From assembly GCA_965200245.1 (NCBI GenBank), contig CBDATS010000004.1, forward strand, positions 1,184,001 through 1,248,000: 64,000 bases of DNA, given 5' to 3'. Below are positions 20,184 to 30,915 of this stretch, one piece after another. Both the position numbers and the translations under genes were made by a program. Within the stretch, counting starts at the first letter, position 1; each line of letters starts with the position of its first letter. The notes under the pieces are model-generated. The model searched no databases, was not told where the DNA came from, and saw nothing but the letters and a program-made list of their open reading frames with translations. The DNA comes from a bacterium. Lineage in GTDB: Bacteria; UBA8248.

Positions 20184-21584
20184 TTACGCTTCCACTTTTT
20201 CACCCAAGAGATCGATAAGGCCGTGGATATTTTCGAGAGTATCGATCTTGTAGAGCATCGCCTCAATCATGGCGATCTGATCACTCTCGTACACCAGACT
20301 GCTGCATTCGGTGAATTTCTCATAAAGCTCTTCGCGGTCCATGGGGCGTTGAGGTGTGCCGCGAGATATTTCCGACATTTTTTCATACACAGTGCCGTCT
20401 TCGAGTTCTATCGTCACCTTGCCGCGAATGAGCGCGTAACCCTGGGCTTCGATTTCATCGTCTTTGAACGGATTTACCTTTTTCATCATCTCCACGACGT
20501 CAGGGCGCCTTACGACCTCATCTCTGTATTGCGCAATGCCAGCTGCGCGTTCCAGGAGCAAGATACCGAAACCGAACTGCAGGGAGAATTTCGCTTCCAG
20601 TTCATTTTGTGGTTCCTTGTAGCGCAGAGGCTCCAGTACGCGCGATGTAGTGCCGAAACGCAACTCTTTCACCTGGTCCGGTTTGATGTCGTTTTCCAGA
20701 ATCAGATCCCTGGCGGCATCCATCGCGGGATGCGCAAGTGATCCGCAGGGATAGGGTTTGATCGACACGCCTGGATCCACAGCAGACCAGGCGTTGCCGA
20801 GCTTCCCGACGATATAATCCCTATCGCAGCCACCTCCCATGATCTGGAAAAATCCCCACTGTCCATCGAATATCGTGGGATCTGAAGTGTAACCGCCTGC
20901 CGCCAGCCTTGCCGCCACGACGCCGTTCTCTGCCGCGCGGCCACAGTGGTATGGCTTCGTCATTGTCCCGAAATTCGCACGAAGACCCGCACTTTCCGAA
21001 CAGACGATTCCGTAGCACATACGCAATTGGTGTTCGTTCAATCCCATCAATTTCGCTGCGGCCGTCGCGGCTCCGATAGCACCGATTGTTCCTGTCGAAT
21101 GAAATCCTGTTACGTAGTGATCCGGTCGAATCGCTTCGGCGACCTTGCATTCGACTTCAAAGCCCAGCGCAAATGCGGCAAGCAACTCCTGCCCACTTGT
21201 ACCCAACGCCTCGCCAAGGGCCAAGGCAGCGGGCATCACTGGACAGGTGGGGTGAGTCAACAGGCCGTATACGCGATCCGGGTAGCTGCTCAGTTGCGTA
21301 TCGTCGTAATCCATTGCATGGCCTGCGACACCGTTAGCCAAGGCGGCGAGATGCGCAGGCACCGTCATACCGGTCCCAACTACCCGCGCTTCTGGTTCCC
21401 CTCCGATTTCTCTCAGATAGTTTTGAATAATATGGCCGCTTTCTTCTGTGGATCCCGCAACCATCAAGCCAATACCGTCCACAAAACAGCGACGCACGAT
21501 CACCCTCACATCTTCCGGAATGTCTTCATACTCCGTATTCAAGACAAACTCGACGATGGCATCCGTGATCAGAGATTCTGTCAT
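20184..21584 (-). CDS. MmgE/PrpD family protein
   Basis: ANGVAGHAMDYDD, GFHSTG, FGTMTKPYH, KPYPCG, KFSL. Confidence 0.92.
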   Translation of the reverse strand: MTESLITDAIVEFVLNTEYEDIPEDVRVIVRRCFVDGIGLMVAGSTEESGHIIQNYLREIGGEPEARVVGTGMTVPAHLAALANGVAGHAMDYDDTQLSSYPDRVYGLLTHPTCPVMPAALALGEALGTSGQELLAAFALGFEVECKVAEAIRPDHYVTGFHSTGTIGAIGAATAAAKLMGLNEHQLRMCYGIVCSESAGLRANFGTMTKPYHCGRAAENGVVAARLAAGGYTSDPTIFDGQWGFFQIMGGGCDRDYIVGKLGNAWSAVDPGVSIKPYPCGSLAHPAMDAARDLILENDIKPDQVKELRFGTTSRVLEPLRYKEPQNELEAKFSLQFGFGILLLERAAGIAQYRDEVVRRPDVVEMMKKVNPFKDDEIEAQGYALIRGKVTIELEDGTVYEKMSEISRGTPQRPMDREELYEKFTECSSLVYESDQIAMIEAMLYKIDTLENIHGLIDLLGEKVEA

Positions 21585-21626
21585 GACCTCACCTTTCTGA
21601 AATATTCACGAAATTGCTCAATTCTT

Positions 21627-21812
21627 TTACCGTCCCAGCCCTTCTGTCGCAGGGTTCGGCGGAACCGTGATGAGCTTCTCCCGAGGCTTGGGGCAAAAGT
21701 ATCCGGTCAATGATGGAAAAATGGATGTATTCGAACAAACCCCACTAAGCAAGAAAACCAAAAGTCCCGACAGGGTTAGGGTAGCCAACAGCCAAATCAC
21801 ACCGCGGGTCAT
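21627..21812 (-). CDS. Possible small membrane protein (61 aa)
   Basis: ATG after GGGGAA, one hydrophobic helix, co-oriented just upstream of the PrpD gene. Confidence 0.3.
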   Translation of the reverse strand: MTRGVIWLLATLTLSGLLVFLLSGVCSNTSIFPSLTGYFCPKPREKLITVPPNPATEGLGR

Positions 21813-22264
21813 GATGGATTCCCCAAAACTCCCTGTACCTACGCGAAAATGGTGCAGAAGGAGTAGCCAGGTCGGATACCGGTTCAAATAAACAAAAACG
21901 AGTCGTCTCGCTCGGCGACCCGCGATTCAAACCAACCGGAGAGGAAATACTCCCCTCCTCCTGCGCCCAAAATGGCTAACACAGAATTTCCGCAATGAAA
22001 GCTAACAAAAACGAAAACGCTCGGCAAGGAAGAACCTGCATTTTTTCCAGTTTCCATTTTACTTCTCTTCATAAGGCTGGAATAATATGAAGTCAAAGGG
22101 GTCGAAGAATCCATGTCCCATATCATGTTTGGCTCGTTGCCAGTGAAAGCGTCGATATTGATCTGATTCAATTTGTTATTTTTTATCCGTGCTTGTGCTT
22201 TTTTGCGCAAGCGCGGTGACTGGTTCTTTCGATAGCGGCAAGCATTTTCCCGACATCCAAATGA

Positions 22265-23389
22265 ATGGAGCTAGAAATGATTCTAGATGTGGAAGCCGGT
22301 GACATCCTTCCAGCGAAAGATGCCATCGCCTTGATGGACCAAACGGATCTTGGTCCTTCCATCGATATTCCCGAAATCCCTGAAAATGCGTATTCCGAGA
22401 ACATTACGGACGAGGAAAGGGATTTCTTGCAAGGCGAGATCCGGCGTCTCAAGAAAGAGAGAAACGCTCTCGTTCTCGCACATAATTATGTGCCCCAGGA
22501 TATTCAAGATGTCTCTGACATTATCGGAGATTCATTGTATTTGGCCCAGCAAGGCGCCGCATCGGACGCGGATTACCTTGTCGAACCATCCGTCTTGTTT
22601 ATGAACCAGATTTTGGCCGCACTCAAGAAACCCCACCAAACTGTTTTGGCACCAAGCCTCAAGGCGCTTTGTTCTTTGGCCGCCCATGCCGATGCAGACA
22701 AGGTTCGACAATGGAAAAAAGACAACACCGATGGAATCGTCATCAGCTATGTAAACACATATCTCGAGGTTAAGGCCGAGAGCGATTTCTGCTGCGCGTC
22801 CGCCAATGCGGGCAAAGTCACCCTCCATATCCTCGAAAACTCGAGGCCTGAGCAACCCATATTGTTTTTGCCCGATGTCTTCTTGGGATTTTACGCGGCT
22901 AAACTTCTGGAGAGCAAAGGACACTCTCTGGATCGACTGCATCTCATGATGGGCGCATGTCATGTGCATGAGAGGATTCGGCCGCACCATGTCCTGGAAC
23001 AACAACAACAACACCCTGAGGCCGTCACCGTCGTTCACCCGGAATGCGGATGCACCAGCGCCTGCATGCGACAGGTCAATGATGGCATCGTGCCCGAGGA
23101 CATGCTTCAGTTCCGGTCCACCCAAGGAATGATCAAGCTGGTGGAGGAAATTCCTCATTCAGAAGTCATCGTGGCCACAGAGGTCGGAAACCTCCATCCC
23201 ATGTCCAAAGCGGTTCCGGAAAAAACGCTGATTCCCGCAAGCCGTGAGGCTCTTTGCGCCTACATGAAACAAAATACCTTGCAGAACCTGCATGAATGCC
23301 TGCGCGACTTGAAGCACGAAATCACCGTGGACCCGGAATTGGCCCGGCGAGCGAGAATCCCGATCGAGCGCATGCTCGAAATCCTATAG
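22265..23389 (+). CDS. nadA: Quinolinate synthase
   Basis: LAHNY, GDSL.LA, CSLA, YVNT, FLPD, CHVH, HPEC, TE, C.YMK. Confidence 0.95.
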   Translation: MELEMILDVEAGDILPAKDAIALMDQTDLGPSIDIPEIPENAYSENITDEERDFLQGEIRRLKKERNALVLAHNYVPQDIQDVSDIIGDSLYLAQQGAASDADYLVEPSVLFMNQILAALKKPHQTVLAPSLKALCSLAAHADADKVRQWKKDNTDGIVISYVNTYLEVKAESDFCCASANAGKVTLHILENSRPEQPILFLPDVFLGFYAAKLLESKGHSLDRLHLMMGACHVHERIRPHHVLEQQQQHPEAVTVVHPECGCTSACMRQVNDGIVPEDMLQFRSTQGMIKLVEEIPHSEVIVATEVGNLHPMSKAVPEKTLIPASREALCAYMKQNTLQNLHECLRDLKHEITVDPELARRARIPIERMLEIL

Positions 23390-23407
23390 TTCCAAATATC
23401 GTTCAGT

Positions 23408-24292
23408 ATGGACATCCGCTCTAAAGTTCGCGAATGGCTTCTGGAGGATTTTGGGAGTGCTCCCCTTCATTTCGAAGCTGAAAAAGAACCCTTGTGCGTG
23501 GCCGAGTTATGCTCGAAAAGCGACGCCATTCTGGCCGGTTCTCCGTTTTTCCTTCCCGTATTGGAGGAAACCCAAAATCTTCTGGCCCTTGGGAAAAACC
23601 ATCCACCCGAAATCGACTGGCGAAAAAATGAAGGGGCCCGAATTTCCAGAGGTGAACTCCTGGCATATGTATCAGGACACACCCAGACAATCTTGAAAGC
23701 GGAGCGCACCGCACTCAATCTCCTTTCCCACACCTCCGAAATCGCCACGCATACGGCACACACACTGTCTCTGTTCGGAGATTTTCCAAAAACGCTCAAG
23801 GGCATTATCGATACAAGGAAGAATCGGCCGGGATTGCGTTATTTTGAAAAATACGCTGTTCGCGTTGGAGGCGGGCGGAATCACCGCCTCGGTTTTTTCG
23901 ACGGTGAAATGATCAAAGACAACGACATCACTGCCGCCGGTTCCATCCCGGCCGCTATCGACAGACAATTCGGCAACCGCTACATGACGGATACTCAAAT
24001 CGAAGTGCAGAACCTGTCCCAACTGGAAAAAGTCATCGAAGACGGACGAGTGCACATGATTTTACTGGACAACATGGACATCGAAACCCTCCGCAGGGCC
24101 GTTTTGCGGACGAGAGAAGCCGGAGTTGCCCCCAAAACGCAAAAACCCTACGAACTTGAGGCTTCCGGCATCGGCGGAATCGACTTGAAGAGCATCGCTG
24201 AAACAGGAGTGGATTACATTTCCACCAGTTCGCTTGTTCGCTCTGCACCCCCTCTTGACTTTCACATGAAGATCACAAAAGTGGGTTTATGA
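23408..24292 (+). CDS. nadC: Quinolinate phosphoribosyltransferase
   Basis: AERTALN, DTRK.RPG.R, NHRLG, IKDN, EV, LLDNM, EASG. Confidence 0.93.
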   Translation: MDIRSKVREWLLEDFGSAPLHFEAEKEPLCVAELCSKSDAILAGSPFFLPVLEETQNLLALGKNHPPEIDWRKNEGARISRGELLAYVSGHTQTILKAERTALNLLSHTSEIATHTAHTLSLFGDFPKTLKGIIDTRKNRPGLRYFEKYAVRVGGGRNHRLGFFDGEMIKDNDITAAGSIPAAIDRQFGNRYMTDTQIEVQNLSQLEKVIEDGRVHMILLDNMDIETLRRAVLRTREAGVAPKTQKPYELEASGIGGIDLKSIAETGVDYISTSSLVRSAPPLDFHMKITKVGL

Positions 24293-24366
24293 TATTCTGT
24301 TGAAGCTGATTTCACGACTTGTACTGAAATGCTGTTTCTCTGAACTTATTCACTTTGGAGGAAATT

Positions 24367-24891
24367 ATGTCCCTGGAAGTCGAGTCTAAAAGTGTGGATT
24401 ATTACAAAGCCTCCGATGGGCGCATGATTGCTATTCACATCAAGGGAGATTTCAACGATTACGCCGGATTTCCACCTTATCTGGATACCGAAGACGCGAA
24501 AGAACACATCCGCACCGCATACGCTGGCCAAGACATCGAAGCGGAACGCAACACAAAAGCCCATATGACGGATGATGAAGTACCTCTGCAAATCATCGTT
24601 TTGAACAGGCCCAAAGGCGCGATCACCAAAGCGCATTATCACGTGGTCGAAGAGAGGACCACGAACACCACAAGGCATCAGATTCTATTGTGCCAACGCG
24701 GGAGGGTTCGAGTCGGCGTATTCACCAGGGAAGGGGAAAACCTGGGCGATGCGATTCTGCATCGCGACGATCTCATCCTTATGTACGAAGGCCATGAAGT
24801 CGAATTCCTGGAAGATGATTCAAAGCTCATCGAAATCAAGGAAGGTCCTTTCCCGGAAACGGACGAGCGGGACAAAATCGATTTGAAATAG
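24367..24891 (+). CDS. Cupin-fold hypothetical protein
   Basis: AHYH...GHEVEFLED..LIEIKEGPF. Confidence 0.6.
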   Translation: MSLEVESKSVDYYKASDGRMIAIHIKGDFNDYAGFPPYLDTEDAKEHIRTAYAGQDIEAERNTKAHMTDDEVPLQIIVLNRPKGAITKAHYHVVEERTTNTTRHQILLCQRGRVRVGVFTREGENLGDAILHRDDLILMYEGHEVEFLEDDSKLIEIKEGPFPETDERDKIDLK

Positions 24892-24934
24892 CTTGATATG
24901 GATACAATCCAATCAACTTATGCGGAGAGAAACC

Positions 24935-25951
24935 ATGAAATTTTGCACATTTGAAGTGCGAACACCAGTTGGCCCATTCGAGCGTTTGGGTGCCGTTGTA
25001 TCCGAAGGTGATGGTCTTCGGTTCGTCGACCTCAATTTCGCGGCGGCGGCGGAGTTCAGGCAGCGTGGTTCCTCACGTCCGCAAGCCATGGCGGACGCCC
25101 TCATTCCATCCGACATCCTGGCCATTGCGGCATCCGGCAAAGGTGGAATCGAGGCCGCTGAAGAAGCTCTCGAATATGCACTCGAACATGAAGGTGCCAG
25201 CGGCCCCCGAGGGGAACAGATCATATATACACCAAGCGAAATCCGGCTTCTTCCACCGATAAAGCAGCCCCCTCTCATTCGTGGCTTTGCAGGATTCGAG
25301 CGCCATCTCAAAAAAACATTTGAGGTAATGAATCTTGAAATCCCGAAAACCTGGTACGAGCGTCCCCTGGCCTTCAAGGCGAGTTGCGCCCACATGGCCG
25401 GACCCGAGGAGGAAGTCCCTTGGCCCAGCTTCACCGAAAAAATGGATTTCGAGCTTGAATTCTGCTGTGTGGTTGGAGTGCCGGGCAGAGATATTTCGGA
25501 AGAGGATGCACATGAACACATTTTCGGTTACGCGATATTAAATGACTGGAGCGCCCGGGACGCGCAAGGGGGCGAAATGGCTATGGGAACAGGGCCATAC
25601 AAGAGCAAGGATTGGTGCTGGAGCTTCGGCCCCTGGATTGCCACTCCCGACGAGGTGGGTGATCCCAAAAACATACCCATGGCTGCAAGGGTCAATGGAG
25701 AGACGTGGGTCGAAACTACTCCCGGGGAGATGTATTGGACTTTCTCGCAAATCATCGCCTATACCGCCAGGGATGAGAATCTGCTCACGGGAGACCTGAT
25801 GGGTTCCGGCACGGTCCCTGGAGGTTGCGGCATGGAAATCGGCCGTTGGATCCAGCCAGGAGATGTCGTGGAAATCGATATGGGGCCGCTGGGAGTCATG
25901 AGAAACAAGATCGGCCAGAAACCAGATCCCAGACCCTACACATACAAATAA
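24935..25951 (+). CDS. Fumarylacetoacetate hydrolase family protein
   Basis: DFELE, NDWSARD, KSKD, GPWIAT, GSGT. Confidence 0.92.
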   Translation: MKFCTFEVRTPVGPFERLGAVVSEGDGLRFVDLNFAAAAEFRQRGSSRPQAMADALIPSDILAIAASGKGGIEAAEEALEYALEHEGASGPRGEQIIYTPSEIRLLPPIKQPPLIRGFAGFERHLKKTFEVMNLEIPKTWYERPLAFKASCAHMAGPEEEVPWPSFTEKMDFELEFCCVVGVPGRDISEEDAHEHIFGYAILNDWSARDAQGGEMAMGTGPYKSKDWCWSFGPWIATPDEVGDPKNIPMAARVNGETWVETTPGEMYWTFSQIIAYTARDENLLTGDLMGSGTVPGGCGMEIGRWIQPGDVVEIDMGPLGVMRNKIGQKPDPRPYTYK

Positions 25952-25953
25952 TC

Positions 25954-28323
25954 CTACTCCTCTGCTTCCGGTTCGCTTTCCTCTGGATTCATGAGGTGAA
26001 CGACTCTTTGCGGGAAGGGGATCTCAATCCCCTCTTCCCGGAAGCAACGGTCGATCTCAAATCTTAAATCACTCGCGACATGCAATCGACTCATCACATT
26101 CGGAGTAAAGCACCGCAACTCGAAATCCAGACTGCTTCCACCAAAATCGCGAAACACAACTGTGGGTGCGGGCAGTTCGCTTACCTGTCCATTCCTGTCG
26201 GCAACATCCAATAAAATTTCTCGAACTTTCTCCACGTCAGAGCCATATGCCACTCCAACCCCGATTTCCACACGACCGTACTGATCCCGATGCGTAAGGT
26301 TGGTAACCGAAGTCGAGATAATCTCCGCGTTCGGAATAATGACCGAAGCACGCTGCCAGGTTTGAAGCTCCGTTGCACGAAACTGAATTCTTTTCACTAC
26401 TCCTTCGTCGCTTCCCACTCGCACCCAATCGCCAACCTTAATGGGTCTTTCCACCAAAAGTATCAACCCGGAAATAAAATTGTTCACCACATTCTGCAGC
26501 CCGAAGCCGATCCCCACAGACAGCGCACTGACAACCAGCGCCAGGTTCGAGAGATCGATTCCCGTTACGGAAATACTCAATAAAGCCGCAACAGTTACAC
26601 CTGCGTAACCAAATCCTGCATTCAGGGAATGGCGTATGCCCGGGGGCAAATTCGTCTGCTCAAGAAAACGTTCCGACAACTGCCTTTGCAAGATTCTTGC
26701 GCCAGCCATGGTGATGAAGAAAACGGCTATGGCCAAGAAAATATCGATGATAGAGATACGAACGCTGCCTACCTGGAATCCGGACAGGATTTCCAGCGTC
26801 CGGTGAATCAGATCATTCAGGGGTACGCCCCAGAAAGACACGATAACGAAGATGCCGCAAAGGGAAACGACAAGATCGAGAATGATTCGTACCCAGACAT
26901 TGAAACTCTCGATCATGCGGGCAGAAATGTGAAATTTGTCTTGTATAAACCCGAATTTCGTCGGCGAGGATACCAGTTCGTGGATGACCCCACGCAACAG
27001 GACCACTATCCACAGCACAAGACCGGTCCAAATGAGATTGGTGATAAGCCGCTTACCGAAAACACCATAACCGACAAACAACGCTGCAATACCGATTACC
27101 GCAAGCGCTCTAGCGGTACTACGGATTGCCCGGTATTTATGTCCTTCCCGTGCGCTCTCACTATCCTGGGCGGTTTCGGCTATCCATAGTTTCCCTCCCG
27201 CAAGCCTGAAGAGAGACCAGCCTCCCAATGCACCAAACACCGCAAAGCTTATCGCAATCGCCTCTGCGGATATCACGCCCTTGTTTTCGATGTTCGAGAA
27301 AAACATGTCGCCCGAACAAACAGCCGCCAATATGAAAATCAAACGACAGGCACTGTTCGCGTTTTCTGAAGATTGTCCGGTGAACCGCCATGCCGGCTGA
27401 TCTATGGAGAGGAAACATCTTGCAAAGGAGACTACCAGACAAAAGAACATCATGGCCAAAAGAAACGAAGTGAGTGCTTCTCCAAACAATCCACTCACCG
27501 AAGTGCCTGGCCGGGTCACCCAAAAATAAAGGGCCGTCAAGGCAGCAACCGGGGCAACACTGTTACCAACACCTCCTGTGATTGCGACTCCAAACCGACG
27601 CGCGTAGGAGGGCTCCAATATTTTTGGGTCCTGATCGAAAATACCCAAAACGCTTCTCCGAATTCCCCACCCCACCAATGCACCCAGAATCAAAACCACG
27701 CCCCCTTGCAGCAAGATGGAATGAACACTGGTTTCGCGAGGGAGGTTTTTGAACCAATCAAATGGTGAACGGAGAATGCGTCGAACCGTGGCTGCAATTT
27801 CCGGAACACCATTTATGAGCACACCCGGTGCAACAGGAATTGGTGTACGACGGTACATTTCTTCCAATAACCGCTCGTACCTTATCCGGGAAATGGATTC
27901 TTTCAATTCCCCAACACGAACAATAGCCCAATCCGCTTCGGCGATACGCGCACGGGCAGCCTTAATTTCACGATTGTGCTGCTCTCTTATGTTGCCTGTC
28001 TCTTTCGCCTCTGGCAGGCCGTCCGTTCCGGGAGGAGGACCGATGGCTTTGAGTAATTTTTCAGACTGCTGGAGTTGCCTCTGGGCTCTGGTTTTCACTT
28101 CGCCTGCGCGCGCGAGGACTTGTTCCAACAAGGACAAATGTCCCTGGGTACGAGCCGGCGTTTTTTCGTCGCTATTTAAATAGAGCGTCGCTTCCCGCAA
28201 AATCATCGCCCAATCTCGCGCTTCTGTTGTTTCGTCCAGATTAGAATCCTGCGCATGCGCGGGCAAAAAAACGAGAAACGAAACCGCCAAAACGAAAAGG
28301 AACCCGAAAATCCATCGTTTCAT
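25954..28323 (-). CDS. Large MscS-family mechanosensitive channel
   Basis: ALSVGIGFGLQNVVNNFISGLILLVERPIKVGD, VAYGSD, IEIPFPQR; signal peptide and periplasmic coiled region. Confidence 0.92.
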   Translation of the reverse strand: MKRWIFGFLFVLAVSFLVFLPAHAQDSNLDETTEARDWAMILREATLYLNSDEKTPARTQGHLSLLEQVLARAGEVKTRAQRQLQQSEKLLKAIGPPPGTDGLPEAKETGNIREQHNREIKAARARIAEADWAIVRVGELKESISRIRYERLLEEMYRRTPIPVAPGVLINGVPEIAATVRRILRSPFDWFKNLPRETSVHSILLQGGVVLILGALVGWGIRRSVLGIFDQDPKILEPSYARRFGVAITGGVGNSVAPVAALTALYFWVTRPGTSVSGLFGEALTSFLLAMMFFCLVVSFARCFLSIDQPAWRFTGQSSENANSACRLIFILAAVCSGDMFFSNIENKGVISAEAIAISFAVFGALGGWSLFRLAGGKLWIAETAQDSESAREGHKYRAIRSTARALAVIGIAALFVGYGVFGKRLITNLIWTGLVLWIVVLLRGVIHELVSSPTKFGFIQDKFHISARMIESFNVWVRIILDLVVSLCGIFVIVSFWGVPLNDLIHRTLEILSGFQVGSVRISIIDIFLAIAVFFITMAGARILQRQLSERFLEQTNLPPGIRHSLNAGFGYAGVTVAALLSISVTGIDLSNLALVVSALSVGIGFGLQNVVNNFISGLILLVERPIKVGDWVRVGSDEGVVKRIQFRATELQTWQRASVIIPNAEIISTSVTNLTHRDQYGRVEIGVGVAYGSDVEKVREILLDVADRNGQVSELPAPTVVFRDFGGSSLDFELRCFTPNVMSRLHVASDLRFEIDRCFREEGIEIPFPQRVVHLMNPEESEPEAEE

Positions 28324-28587
28324 AAATCATTCTCATTCATCATGACTTGCACCAGTCTATTCGGGGCGAATCGTCCGCTATCAAGAACTTTCATTAAATG
28401 ATACCGCTTTCCCATCCTGAAAGGGATAGCCCCGCTGCCTTCGTCAAAAGCAACTGCGTGCGAAACATCTCATGAGCAGCGAAACACAACGGCCAGTTTG
28501 CATCATCCCAAAACCCTGCCTTTTTGCAAAATCGAAATTCCTTTCACCCGCCGCCAATTCCGGCATTCAGGGCAACCCTCCCAGTCC

Positions 28588-29985
28588 TCATCGAAATCTC
28601 GCTTCAGCATGTGAACCTATTCCCCTGTTGCGACTCCAAACAAAAAACCAGACCAAAAGACACAATCCTCCCACAAAATGACTTATTGTCATCGCACCCC
28701 ATACACCGGAGGCTTCGAATCCCAACGGCAAAGCGGCGAAATATGCAAGAGGTATCTGAAAACCCCATCGGACAAAACCTTCCACAACCATCGGCGGTTT
28801 CGTGTTGGCCGCGCCCTGAAAAGCGCCCGCCAACATGCGTCGAATAGCCTCGAACAAAGTTCCTATGGTAAGTATTCGGACGCAAGCGACGCCAACATCT
28901 ACTCCCTCCCCCTTCATCCCGAAGATCAAGACAATTTCCGTAGCATATAAATACAGTGCGATCGTCACGCCACACATCATGATGAATAAACCGGCCATGG
29001 CAAGATAGACGCTTTGTAACGCCCGGGCCGGCTGGCCGGCGCCTACATTTTGACCCACCATCGTCCGCACGGCGGACTGAATCCCAAAACCGGGCAATCG
29101 CGAAAACGTCCCGAGCCGATTTCCAATTGACCATGCAGCCAAAACCACTGGCCCAAACAACGCCAGAATCTTGAGCAAAATAAGAAGGGCACCGCGTTCA
29201 AGCATGTTCTGCGCCGCCGCGGGCCAGCCCAACAAAATAATGCGGCGCATGCTTTCCGCATGTGGTTTGAGATGAATCAACTTGATACGGAGGCGAGAAC
29301 GTCCCGATGTCAAAAAGTAGAGGATGGTCAAAATTCCTGCTATACGACCCAACCCGATGGCCAAGGCTGAGCCCGTAAGTCCAAGTCCCGTGAACGGCCC
29401 CACACCAAAAACAAGGACAGGAATGAACGTGATGGACAAAAGCGTCGAAACCCCAAGGCCAATCAAGGGTTTTCCAGGTTCGCCAGCCGCTTTCAACATA
29501 TGTGATACCGTGAAAATACCGTCTACGAACGCTATAGTGAGGAACGATACCTGCAAATACGCAACACCAACCCGAATTACATTCGCGTCAGAAGTCAAAA
29601 GCCCAAGCAATCGCGATGAAAACGCAAATCCGAGAAAACTGATGGCGAAGTAATACATACTCGCAAGCAAAAACGCCTGGCCTGCCGCGTGGCTTGCGTG
29701 CTCAGGTTCTTTCGCTCCGATTCTCTGGGCCACCAGGGCGCTGCCCGCGATTCTGATGCCGAAGCCGACTGCGCGAAAAAAGAATATGATCATGAAGCTC
29801 AGGGAAATCGCGGCCAGGTATTCGGGACCCAAGCGCCCCACCCAAAAGATTTCGACCAACGTGTCGGCGTTCCAGGCTATTGGCTCCAGGCATGAAGGAA
29901 CCGCCAGGCGAAAAAGCCCGAAACTTATGGAGCCTGTTGTATAGTCATATTTTTTTGTTTTCTTTCCCAAGCGTGGCATACGCAA
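28588..29985 (-). CDS. MATE efflux transporter
   Basis: GSI...LFRLAVP, VGRLG, AQRIGA, GQNVGAG, ~12 TM. Confidence 0.9.
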   Translation of the reverse strand: MRMPRLGKKTKKYDYTTGSISFGLFRLAVPSCLEPIAWNADTLVEIFWVGRLGPEYLAAISLSFMIIFFFRAVGFGIRIAGSALVAQRIGAKEPEHASHAAGQAFLLASMYYFAISFLGFAFSSRLLGLLTSDANVIRVGVAYLQVSFLTIAFVDGIFTVSHMLKAAGEPGKPLIGLGVSTLLSITFIPVLVFGVGPFTGLGLTGSALAIGLGRIAGILTILYFLTSGRSRLRIKLIHLKPHAESMRRIILLGWPAAAQNMLERGALLILLKILALFGPVVLAAWSIGNRLGTFSRLPGFGIQSAVRTMVGQNVGAGQPARALQSVYLAMAGLFIMMCGVTIALYLYATEIVLIFGMKGEGVDVGVACVRILTIGTLFEAIRRMLAGAFQGAANTKPPMVVEGFVRWGFQIPLAYFAALPLGFEASGVWGAMTISHFVGGLCLLVWFFVWSRNRGIGSHAEARFR

Positions 29986-30132
29986 ATCTTATCCTAATCA
30001 ATTCCAAAAGGGTTCCGGTCCGGCAAATCAGGCGAATTTCCCTCCAGGGCTGGAAAGTTTTCTCTCCACAAGATAGGTTTGTCTCCAATATACAAACCCG
30101 CGCCCGATGCAACCGGTGAGTTTGGTGCTTCC

Positions 30133-30912
30133 ATGATGCAATTCATAGAACAAACATTGAAAGATGCGGGCGATTTGGCCTTGTCGTTCATGAACAACGC
30201 CAAAGGCGCGCAAAAACAAGACCGGAGTCTGGTGAGCGAGGCGGACCTTGAAGTAGAAAGATTCATTCTTTCCCGCCTGGAAAAATCATTCCCGAACGAC
30301 AGTGTCATCGGCGAAGAACTGGGCAGCAGAGAAACACAATACTCCAGACACTCCCGTCTCTGGGCGGTCGACCCCATTGACGGCACCAATCCGTTTCTGA
30401 ACGGCTTGCCCACCTGGGGCGTATCCATCGGGGTGATGGAAAAGGGAAAAACCGCTGCCGGAGGATTCCACATGCCTGTCGTGGATGAAATGTTTCTCGC
30501 TCTTCAAGGGAAAGGCGCTACCAGAAACGGGAAGGCTCTTCCGAACCTGCAAGACATGGAAATAACCAACCAAACCGTCATGCTGGGTCCTTCGTCCCGA
30601 AAACGCTTTTACAAGCTGGATTATCCAGGAAAATCCGTCGCTTATGGAAGCGCTTCCTCACACATCGCCTATGCGGCTACGGGGGGCGTCATAGCCGCCC
30701 TGGTCGATAGACCCCAAATCTGGGACATCCTGGGCCCTCTGGCTGTTTTGCGGGAAGTCGGGGGGAACGGGTATCACCCAGATGGGCGCGTCCTTAATCT
30801 CCAGAAACTCACGAATGGTGATAAAGCCGAAGGACCCGTATTTTTCGGCTTGAAAGAAAATGCGGAAAAAATATTCCCGCACATCGAAGTGTACCCCAGG
30901 CCGAAATCCTAG
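30133..30912 (+). CDS. Inositol monophosphatase family protein
   Basis: GEE, WAVDPIDGTNPF, WD. Confidence 0.9.
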   Translation: MMQFIEQTLKDAGDLALSFMNNAKGAQKQDRSLVSEADLEVERFILSRLEKSFPNDSVIGEELGSRETQYSRHSRLWAVDPIDGTNPFLNGLPTWGVSIGVMEKGKTAAGGFHMPVVDEMFLALQGKGATRNGKALPNLQDMEITNQTVMLGPSSRKRFYKLDYPGKSVAYGSASSHIAYAATGGVIAALVDRPQIWDILGPLAVLREVGGNGYHPDGRVLNLQKLTNGDKAEGPVFFGLKENAEKIFPHIEVYPRPKS

Positions 30913-30915
30913 CCT

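Noticed and set aside
21890-22265. NAD riboswitch or NAD-regulator operator upstream of nadA
   Set aside because: No convincing match or palindrome recognised by eye; an Rfam/Infernal scan would be needed.
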